The notes under the pieces were generated by a model. The model saw only the letters and a list, made by a program, of their open reading frames with translations. It was not told the DNA's origin and made no database searches. A stretch of DNA of 64,000 nt, from positions 13,214,647 to 13,278,646 of the forward strand of contig NW_026943820.1 in assembly GCF_035594765.1 (NCBI RefSeq), given 5' to 3'. A program made the position numbers and the translations under genes. Every line of letters begins with the position of its first letter. Position 1 is the first letter of the stretch. This DNA is from Anolis carolinensis. Lineage: Eukaryota. Below are positions 37,317 through 48,800 of this stretch, piece after piece.

Positions 37317-39846
37317 GAACCCGGAGATTAGATTTATTTATTTTCTCTTTTTGTAGGTAGTCTGTCAGTAGTTTCCAGTCCGTTCTATGAATTGATGTTC
37401 TATCCTGGGCCAATTTTTGTGTCAGGAAGTCCACATTCATTATGTCCAACACTTTAGAAATCCATTTTTCAATACTAGGTATTTTATCCTTTGTAATTGC
37501 ATAGATCACTAAACCTTTACTTTTTAAGGTTGCCTTCTCAATAGTCATTTTTTATATACATATTTATTTTCTCTTTTTGTAGGTAATCTGTAAGTAGTTT
37601 CCATTCCGCTCTATTAATTGATGTTCTATCCTGGGCCAATTTTTGTGTCAGGAAAGCCATATTCATTATGTCCAAGTCTTTAGAAATCCATTTTTCAATA
37701 CTAGGTATTTCTTGAAATTTCCATTCCTGTGCCAGAGTAGCCGCTGTTGTAAAATAGAATATAATCCTATCTGTGTTTTTATCTACCTGTGGATTTGTGA
37801 TTCCCAATAAAAATATTTATGATTTAAATTCAAATTGTTCCTGTAAATTTTTTGTCATTTTTTTTATACCACGTACCAGACCTTTTTTACCCTTTTGCAC
37901 TCCCGCCACATGTGGATGAAAGTGCTGATATTCTTTCCACTTTCCCAGCACTTTCCATTTGTTTTTCCTTTATTATACAAAGCCAGTTTTTTTGGAGTTA
38001 ACTGCCACATGTAGAACATTTTGTGCCAATTCTCCTCGATCTCTGCTGCATATGCCTATCCTGGCTTCTTTGTCCATATCTCCTCCCATGCAAATGGTGT
38101 GTCCTACTTCTCTGGCCCATTTTATCATCACTTCCTTTACTTGTTCCTCCTCTGTCGCCCAGGTAAGTAATTGCCTAGAGATTATTTTTATTAATTTACT
38201 AGCTTGGGGACCCGGCGATGCCTGGGTCATTTGAGAAAGGCATTGTTTGCATGTGTTCCAAGTGTAATCAATATCCAATGTCAGCTGGGTTCAGTGGGTG
38301 TAGGTGAACTCCAACTCCCATTTGCAAGTCTCATCGTCCAGTGTCCATCCCCCTCCAAACAGCGCCAGGATGTAGAGTAGGTCATGGGGGCTCTATGTAC
38401 CAAGTTTGGTCTTGATCAGTCATTTGTGTGGGTCGCGGTGCTCTCAAGAAGTGAGTGAAGTTATAGCAAGTCCCATCATCCGTGGTCCCTCCTCCTCCAA
38501 ACTTCACCAGGATGTAAAGTGGGCCACCCTGCACCTGTGTGTCAATTTGGTCCAGTTTCATCATTCGTAGGCATGACAGTGGTCTGTGGGAGGTGAATTG
38601 GATGAAGGTACTGCAGATCCCATAATCCTTGGTCCATCCTCCGCCAAACTGCTGCAGCATGTAAAGTGTGTCATTTGGGGTATGTGTGCCTGGTTGAGTT
38701 CAGTTCTGTGATTTGTGGCAGTTGCTATATGCAACCATCTCAAAATAACACAACACACCAGACATCACAGTTGTGGAAAAGAAAAAGGTTTGGATCATTG
38801 ATGTTGCCATCCCAGATGAGAGTTGCATTGACGAAAAACAACAGGAAAAACTCAGCCGCTATCAGGACCTCAGGATTGAATTGCAAAGACTCTGGCAGAA
38901 ACCAGTGCAGGTGGTCCTGGTGGTGATGGGCACACTGGGTGCCGTGCCAAAAGATCTCAGCCGGCATTTGGAAACAATAGACATTGACAAAATTACGATC
39001 CGTCAACTGCAAAAGGCCACCCTACTGGGATCTGCGCGCATCATCTGAAAATACATCACACAGTCCTAGACACTTGGGAAGTGTTCGACTTGTGGTTTTG
39101 TGATATGAAATCCAGCATATCTTTCTTGTTTGCTGTGTCATAATAAAATAATATTATTATTAATAATAATACCAATAATAATAATGCAGCATTTGTGTCC
39201 TATTTTTCTCCAGAGGTGACATCTGACACTCAAACCAATCAGAATATTTAATTTATGTGCCACTTCTCTCCCATAATGGAGCCAACTTGCCCAGTTTCTG
39301 ATTCAAAGAAGGATTGATAGATATTTCATTGATTTATTTCATTGGCTGTTGGATTGGGACCCAGGACAGCTCAGTTGAAACCAGTAGACTTTCAAACCAC
39401 AGTTCAAACCATCGCAAGGGACGTGATTGGCCAGATGGGACCGAGTAGAATGGACTTTGTTTGTTTTGTTTCCTTGGAGATGAGATAGAATGTTGGGAAA
39501 GGTGGCTGGTCAGTTGAGGTGTTGAGTGGCATTGGTCGGTTGAGGTGGTGAGTGGCAGTGTTCAGTTGAGGTGTTGAGTGGCAGTGGTCAGTTGAGGTGG
39601 TGAGTGGCAGTGGTCGGTTGAGTTGGTGAGTGGCAGTGGTCGGTTGAGTTGGTGAGTGGCAGTGGTTGGTTGAGGTGGTCAGTTGAGGTGGTCAGTTGAG
39701 GAGATCACTTGTTGTGGTTGTTTGCGGTGGAGAGATTTCGAGAGCGAGAGCGGTCTTGACAAGACAGGCGCCTACGACATCGATTCCCTTCTAGGCATAT
39801 TTGCCATTTGCGCTGTTCTCTTGACTTTTTTGCCTATTTCTTAGTC

Positions 39847-42800
39847 ATGGTAAGTGTTGTTAAAACGGGACCTACTACTGCTTTGAAATGGGATGAGCTT
39901 TTAAAACTAACGTGGCTGCTTTCTCCTTACCCTTCATTTATAGGTTACTTAGTTTTTCAGTTCTCTCTGAGTGAGATTCAAGGGGATTTTGGAACAAAAT
40001 AATAAAAATATCCTTGAGATGTGGAAAGGAATGAAAGGCTTTGTAATGAATATGCGAGTAAAAGGAAAATGTGGCAATTTATACATGTTAAGATTTTTGA
40101 ATAGGAGGTTGGTGGCTTGTCCATGGTTTCAGGCACTGGGGATGACTCTTCAACGGGTTTGGTGATTTAGTTTAAACTGTCCAAGGTACGGAACCTATTT
40201 TGGAATCGGGGCTCAGCACCTTGGGTAGCTCTTTTAAAATCCAGATTAAAGCTAAATTAAATTCACGATGTGCGGTGTGGATTTCTGCTGCCTCTTTTTT
40301 TGGCCGTCCCAAAAATCCCAGCATCTTTGGATGACTGCATATTTGAATATTTGAAAAGGGGAAGGAAACACTTTCAACATCCCATGTAGACATTGATGAA
40401 CTTCTTATCCATTCTCTTCCTAATCCTTGGAAGCTTTCACCCAAAAGATATGATTTTGGAAACAGTTCAAGGAAAAACCTATCGAGAAGGTGCCCTAAAA
40501 TAATTTTCCAAGGCATAGTGGATCATTTTGCCCCAATTTCACTTGGCCTTCATCGTCTTTTGGAGGTTGTTTGTTGGCCTTTCCCAGAGCCTGAGTGTGA
40601 CTTCCTCCAAGTCTTCCTGTGACCTCTTTCAAGATTTTAGAGCAGTGGTTCTCAACCTGGGTCCCCAGATGTTTTTGGCCTTCAACTCCCAAAAATCTTA
40701 ACAGCTGGCTGGGGTTTCTGGGAGTTGTAGGCCAAAAACATCTGGGGTCCAGGTTGAGAACCACCTCAGTTTTAGAGGCTGTGTTGTAAGACTAGAGAGC
40801 TATGTGGTATAGTGGTTTGAGTGTTGGATCAGGATGCAAGGAGACCAGGGCTCAAATCCCCATTTGTTTTGGCCATAGCAACCCACTGGGTGACTCTGGG
40901 CAATACTGGAGGGAATTGGGTGCCTGAGACCATAAGAAATACGTGTTTTCTGATGGTCTTTGGAGACCCTTCTGAAATCTCCTAATTATAATAACAATTA
41001 TAATAATAATAGTTTTATTCGGAAGGTCATCCTACTCGGACACGAGTGATTGCCGATGACATGAATAGTTTTATTTCCCCCCCGCCTCTCCTGATGGCTT
41101 GAGGGGGGTTATAGCATGACTAAAGCGTAAACAAACACATCATCATTTTAAAACAATCTATTATATATATATATATCTGTCATGGAACCCAGTTACAGGG
41201 CTTTGGTAATTCAGCCCTGTAACTGGGAGTCATAACATAAACAATCCCAGGAGCACCTGGCAGAAGAAGATAGAATATGCCTGGGAACTTGGGGCCGAAA
41301 GTATAAACAATTATAATTGGTCTAGTGTGTGAAAATGGTAGTAATGTGATATTGGGGGTGGGACTTGATGATGATATTTACGTGTGGTGTTACGTAGCAT
41401 TAAAAGTTATAAAAATAGTTGTATGTAAACATTGAGTCATTCCTGACTTTTCCAAAGTCATGTGTTCTTCAATAAAGATTGGATTTGAGAGCAGCCATCT
41501 CTGATCTGCGTTCAGACTGATCCTTTGAAGTGAGCAGGACAATTAAGTCAGGAATCCAGTTCTCACCCTCCTGCAAATTTGCAGTGAAGTGATAATGAGC
41601 AGGGAAGGAGATCAAAGCCATGACGGAGCAAAGGGGCCTCCGCTGGGAGCTCTGCCGTTGGCAGAAGAGACATTGCAAGCCATAGCTTCCTCTACGGGGT
41701 ACCCCAAGCCGGACGGCGTGACCCAGAGGATTCCCAGAGGGGGAAGAGGTGTTCCGGCGGCGGCAGAAACCAGTTGGGGATCTGGAGGAAGCATGCCGGA
41801 GACCGTGGCCCTGCGGTTATCCATCCTGGAAACTCATTTATCCAGGCTGTCGGATACCGTGGGGAGAATAGTGCCAATATTGGAAGAGAATCTCCAAAAA
41901 GAGCACATCCGATATGGCGCCGAGAGAGAGCCAAGCAAAGGAGGCGATTGGAGCCAGAGGGGACAGCGAGCTTCAACGCAGAGTCCCGCGGCGGCAAGGG
42001 ACGAGGGAGACGAGGAATATTGGCAGGAGCTGGAGTTCAGAGACAGAATGGCACGCGAAGTGGAGCGCCAGCGAGCTCTGGGAACTCTGAGGCCGCCATC
42101 TCCAACAGAGCTCCCAACCCCCCAGATGGGCGTCGGGGTGGAAAGACCACTGGGGCCAGGGATCGGGTCCAGTGGATTAGCAGACGAAGGCGGAGAGGAG
42201 CAGGAGATCCAGGAAGAGGAGGAGGATGTGCCGTACGACGGGGAAAGGCGAGATGCGGGGGCTACAGCGAGGCCAGTATGCGGATGGGGGGAAGGGCCGA
42301 CAGCGGCGGCAGGATTTCGGGAGCCGCGCAGAATGACCACCGGAGTGGGGCGCGGCGTGATCCAAGGAAACCCGATGCAACCCTTCCCCATGCCTCCCAG
42401 ACAGCATCAACGGGCCGCTGAATGGATGCCAAGAAGGGAAGATCTCAAGCTAGAATACGGAGGGGAATCAGCCGAACTGAACTTTTTTCTAATTAGCATC
42501 AGGGGATACATGGAAGACAATGCACACACATTCCCCTCCGAAGCAAGCAGGGTTCGGGCCATCGGCAACACACTAAAGAGAGGAGCGGCCAGCTGGTATG
42601 TGCAACTACATGCCAGACAGGACCCATGCCTGAGGTCAGTGCCCCGCTTCCTCGCCGCACTGGAAAACCGGTTCAGAGACCGGCTAGAGCAATTGAGGGC
42701 TCGAGACCAGCTGAAAGGAATAAAGCAGAGGGACAAAACGGTACCCGAGTACGCAGAGGAATTCCTCCACCTCGCGGAAAGGGTACCAGAGTGGTCTGAA

Positions 42801-45800
42801 GTGACCAAAGTGGAATTATTTAAAGAGGGACTACGCCCCGAGATTTTCAGCTGGGCAGCGCACAGAGATGACCCCGAAACGCTCCAGGGATGGATTCAAC
42901 TAGCGGGGCGCGTTGAATCCACCCTGGCCCAAGTAAAGCGCTTCAGGAGCAGCGGCGGCCAGCAAAGACCGGTGGCGAGAGGTCGAGGAGAAACGAGGAA
43001 GCAGGAAAGACCCGGAGGGAGGCCGGGGATTCCCTCCAGAGGAGACGACAACAAACCTAAACCGGGATGCTTTGTATGTGGGAAGACGGGCCATCGAGCA
43101 GCAGAATGCTGGGCACGGAAGGGGGAGCCGCCAAAACCCTCAAAGCCCAAGCCAGCAACCGGGAGGCGTGCGGAGGAGGAGGTGCAAGCCCCAGAATCTT
43201 CAGAAAAATTGGTGAGTCGGGACAAACGCATGATAGTAGTGCCAATCTGCCTCTCGGGGCTAGAGAATCGGGCCACCTGCAAGGCATTTGTGGATTGTGG
43301 TTGTTCCAGGAATATTATAACTCCAGAGTTAGCAGGAGCGTTGAAATGCCAGCAGATGGCGCTTGACTCCCCAATTGCGTTTTCGCAGCTAGACGGATCA
43401 GTTGCTACTGGGGAAGTATCTACAAAGGAAATACGGGAGGTCCCATGTAAAATAGGCAAATGGGAAGGAAGAATATCCTTTGTGATAGCCCCTATTGCCA
43501 CATACCACGTAATATTAGGGATACCATGGCTCGAACAGGCAAATCCCGAAGTAGATTGGAGAGGAAAGAGCCTAGCATTTAAAGAACAGCAGACGCAATG
43601 GGAGATAAGCAAGATTGCAGAAGAGGAGGACGAGGGAGATGAAGAAGGTGAAATAGACCCACTGCTATTGCCACCTGAATACAGAGACTTTGTGGATGTG
43701 TTCAATCAGAAAGAGGCAAGTAAATTACCTCCCAAAAGGAATATAGAAGTAGAAATTGAAATAACCCCCGGAGCAAACTTACCAAAACCAAAAGTGTATC
43801 CCATGTCTGTGCAGGAGAAGGAGGAATTGAGGAAATACATTGATAAAAACCTGGCGCGGGGCTTCATTAAGCCATCCAATTCTCCTCTCGGGGCCCCAGT
43901 GTTATTCAGGAGAAAGAAAGACAACTCCCTAAGATTGTGCATTGATTATCGAAATTTAAATGCAATTACTAAGGACAATAAATACCCTATGCCCTTAGTA
44001 AAGGATTTAATTACCGTATTGAAAAAAGGGAGCATATTTACTAAACTTGATTTAATTGAAGCATATCATAAATTAAGGATCAAACCGGAGGATACTTGGA
44101 AAACTGCATTTTCCTGCGCATTCGGCCATTTTGAATATAAAATTTTACCTTTCGGATTAAAAAATGGAGGCGGGTGCTTTATGCAGCTTATAAATGAAAT
44201 ACTGCACCCATTGTTGTACAGAGGGGTATTCATATTTCTTGATGATATCTTGATTGTGACTGAAGATAAGGAAAAGCACGTGAAATTGGTCCGGGAAGTT
44301 TTGCAGAGACTAAGAGAAGCAAAGCTGTACGCAAAACTGTCCAAATGTGAATTTAATAAAACTCAAATTGACTTTCTGGGGTATCGGATATCTCCAGAAG
44401 GGTTAGCTATGGATCCAGCTAAAGTATCAGATGTAAAAGAATGGGGAGTGCCTCAAACAAGGAGGCAATTGCAATCGTTTCTGGGGTTTGCAAATTTTTA
44501 TAGATCCTTCATAAAAGGCTTCGCGCAAATAACCGCACCCCTTACTGAACTTTTAAAAACAAAAGGGAAAGGAGAGACAGCAAAAGTAAAAGCTCCTGGC
44601 GCCAAACTAAGTTGGACGCCAGAATGCCAAAAGGCATTTGAAACCCTAAAAGAATGCTTCACAGAAGGACCCATTCTAAAACACCCCGATATCAGGAGCC
44701 CTTTCATAATCCATTGCGATGCCTCAGACTGTGCGTATGGGGCAGTACTATTGCAAAAGGATCAAAATGGGAACTTAAAACCCTGTGGATATTTGTCCCG
44801 GAAGTTCAGCGAAACTGAAAAATGTTGGCCGATATGGGAAAAGGAGGCACTAGCCATATTAAAAGCCTTAGAATGCTGGCGACACTTTCTCGAAGGAAGC
44901 GGAATCCCATTTGAAATTTGGTCTGACCATAAGAACCTCCAATATTTAAAGTCCCCTCGAAAATTGTCCCCCAAACAGATTAGATGGGCACAATACTTCA
45001 GCAGGTTCGATTTCCAATTAAAGTTTTTTCAAGGGAAGCAGAATGTCTTGGCAGATGCTCTTTCACGCATGCCTCAACACGAAGGAATACCCACAGCAAA
45101 AGAGGGAACAATATTCTCTGACAAACAATGGGGCTTAGCTGTCAGAACAAGAGCACAAACCCAAAAGGAGAACACTGCTATGGTTGAACTCGACGGAAAA
45201 GATAATTGGGGAAACGAGCTGAAACAGTCTTATGAAGGAGACCAGTGGATCGCATCCAATGCAGAACAGGGGGAGCAGAAGGGGGGATTTTGGTTTGTGA
45301 ACAAGAAACTGTATATCCCAGCAACATTAAGGATCAAGATTTTGCATCGTTTTCACAACAACCAGAGCGCTGGTCATACAGGAATTACAAAAACAACAAA
45401 AGCCATAGCAAAACATTGCTGGTGGCCAGGGATGAGGAAGGACATAAAAAATTATGTTGTTCAATGTGATGATTGTGCCAGAAATAAATCGAGAGGAGGG
45501 AAGCCAATGGGATTATTACAAACAGTAGCAGAACCTACCAGACCTTGGGAATGTGTAGCTATGGACTTTGTGGGGGAACTACCGGTTAGCAAAGGACATC
45601 GTTATATTTGGACAGTATTGGACCTGTTTTCTAAACAGGCCCACTTTATAGCACTGACGAAACTACCATCAGCCGAGAAACTAGCTGAATTGTACATAAA
45701 CCACATTTACAAACTGCATGGATGTCCCAGTAGAGTGGTCAGTGACAGAGGAGTACAATTCACAGCAAAATTTTGGGAAAAATTCCTGGAAATGCTAGGA

Positions 45801-48800
45801 GCAGAAAGGAGTTTAAGTTCTGCTTTTCACCCCATGACAAATGGGGCGGTAGAACGTACTCAGCAGACACTTGGGCAGTTCCTTCGAATGTACTCTAACA
45901 TGAGACAAAATGACTGGTCTCGGTGGTTGGCTTTTGCAGAACTAGCTTTTAATTCGACTATACATTCAGCAACAAATAAAACCCCCTTTGAAGTAGTTTA
46001 CGGGTATGAAATACAGCCTCTGCCCCAGCTGCCAAGATGGACAGAGAATGAGGGAACAGAGGCAGGGAAATGGAAAGCGCAAATGATGGAATGCTGGAGT
46101 CAAGTGACTGCATCCTTAAAAGAAGCACATAAAAAGTATAAAGTATTCGCAGACAGAAAGAGGGTGGAAGGTGATAAATTGGAGAAAGGAGATTTAGTGT
46201 GGCTAAGTACCCAAAACATCAAACTGGGGCTACCTTCGAAAAAATTGGGCCCTAAATATATTGGACCATTTAGAATACAGGGTGTTATCAACGAGGTGAC
46301 TTTCCAGTTGGCATTGCCAAAAAGTTTAGGGAAAATACACCCTGTATTCCATCGTAGCTTACTGAAAAAATATATGGATGCTTTGGACAAAATGGACACA
46401 TAGAATTATTGTTTTGTTTCAGGCTTGTGATGAAAGAAGAACCGAAGAGGAGGACGAAGAAAAGGAGGGCACCATGTCATGGAACCCAGTTACAGGGCTT
46501 TGGTAATTCAGCCCTGTAACTGGGAGTCATAACATAAACAATCCCAGGAGCACCTGGCAGAAGAAGATAGAATATGCCTGGGAACTTGGGGCCGAAAGTA
46601 TAAACAATTATAATTGGTCTAGTGTGTGAAAATGGTAGTAATGTGATATTGGGGGTGGGACTTGATGATGATATTTACGTGTGGTGTTACGTAGCATTAA
46701 AAGTTATAAAAATAGTTGTATGTAAACATTGAGTCATTCCTGACTTTTCCAAAGTCATGTGTTCTTCAATAAAGATTGGATTTGAGAGCAGCCATCTCTG
46801 ATCTGCGTTCAGACTGATCCTTTGAAGTGAGCAGGACATATATCAAAACATATTTCGACAAAACAAAACTTGCATACAGTATTTGAATACATCATTTAAA
46901 ATGTGATATAGCAGGCTGTCCTACCTGTGAACACAATTTTTTGCAGTTTAATACACTTTTCCCCATTTTAATGATAGAACCAATTCATATTATTAATATT
47001 AATATTAATGCCCCTTTTTATCTCCCCGGAAGGGGACCTTTTGTTTATTTCTTCATAGAATGGGAATTCCACCAAGCAGAGTTAAGGCTCCTTCTTCCGC
47101 TATTTTCTTGCATCGGGGTGAAATTCGGTCATGTCCCCGATTTTGCTTTAGGACTCACCGGCGTGTTTTTCTTCTTTTGCAGCCGAAAGGCAGTGAGACC
47201 AAATCTGGAAGAAAAGGCAAGAGTCCTCAGGGCCCTGTCCCCGGTACATCCAGGAGCAAGCCCATCCAGAGCGGCGAAGACAAACTGCATGACTTGGACC
47301 CGGAGAGCTTCAACATAGTAGGTTTTCCTCTGACTGAATGTGGATAGTGAGGGGAAGCAGGTAGAAGGCGCCGACTTCCCAGATCTTGGGAGTTGGAGAC
47401 ACGGAAGAATTTAGAACTTGTGCTGCCTTCTGACTCTAACCATTTAAGGCTCCTTCTCTCAAGAGCCAGATATAGGGAATAGCAATGGAACGGGGAGGTT
47501 GAAAGTAACCCCGACTCCTTCCACCCCACTCTGGGCCACCATATGGCTAAGAGATAGGCTTGCTCTCTGCTTGCTCTCCTTTTCAGTGCAAAGAGAGGAT
47601 GCGGCCGGTGAAGAAAGCGCTAAAGCAGCTGGTCAATCCGAAGAGAGGGCTGTCTGAGAAGGATCAGGTGGAGCACATCCGGAGGTGCCTCCTGGAGATC
47701 GGTGACCACATCTCCGAGTGCTTGAAGGCGTTCTCGGAGCAGGAGGAGCTCAAGCTCTGGAGAGGGTAAGCCAGGCCTCCCGTCCCTGGGCTCAAGGGAC
47801 ACAAGAGGGAAAGCCTGGCCAGCACGGAGGGAACACACTCCCTTTCATGTCCCCAGGAACCTCTGGATCTTTGCCTCCAAGTTCACAGACTGTGATGCGA
47901 GGAAGCTGCACAACCTGTACAAGAGGGTGCACAAGAAGCGGTCCCAGGAGGAGGAGGAGGTGAGACGGAGACATTGAAAGAGGGGAGGGTGCTACAGACC
48001 GTGGGGACTCAAAGGAGTGAGACTTCTGCATAGAGAAACAAGCAGGCGATCCCAGAAGCAAGAAACGTGTCCTCTAGGAAAACCTACAGGCATTTGTTTG
48101 CCTGGAACAGTTTTGGTCTTTTGGGACTCTTTCAATATATTCAAGGCAGGGGCAGCTGGGGATTGCAATCCAAGCTTTGGTCTCAATTACTGATCCTTTC
48201 TCCAGTGGTTTAGGTTTTTGGATAGCCCCAAGGTTAGATTAGAACTCAGAATAGCTAGAGACAGATGAATAGCTAGATATACAGACCAGCAGTCTGTTTA
48301 TTAGTTGATTCACTTATTAAGGCAGTACTAGGAGGGTGTATTCTTCAGTTCCAATGTTAAAGAACTATCCCAGGGATTTAACTCTATCCCCTTGGATGCA
48401 ACGCCTTTGAAAGTTCTACTAAAGTTCCGATGAGAGTGGTTTTACTGTCTCAAGGGGGAAAAAAGATAGAAACACCACCAACTGTGGTTCAGGTGGTTTG
48501 GTCAAGGCCTAGAAATCTCTTTTGGCCAGATCACTGTCGTGTTTGTCACCAAGGCCTCTCTTTGCTCTCAGTGGAAACAGCAGAAGAAAGAAGAGGCCAC
48601 CGGAGCCAAGAAGATGTTTCGCCCGGAGCACTGTGGGTCCAGCTTGGATTCCGTTTTGTCTCCCTTGCNNNNNNNNNNNNNNNNNNNNNNNNNNNNNNNN
48701 NNNNNNNNNNNNNNNNNNNNNNNNNNNNNNNNNNNNNNNNNNNNNNNNNNNNNNNNNNNNNNNNNNNNNNNNNNNNNNNNNNNNNNNNNNNNNNNNNNNN

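Larger units (their letters stand above)
41178..46838 (+). mobile_element. Full-length Ty3/Gypsy LTR retrotransposon, Tf1/sushi-like (element A)
   Basis: 364-bp TGT...ACA LTRs, single intact gag-pol ORF, purine-rich tract before the 3' LTR, TATATC on both flanks, empty site in copies 1-5 and 7. Confidence 0.97.
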
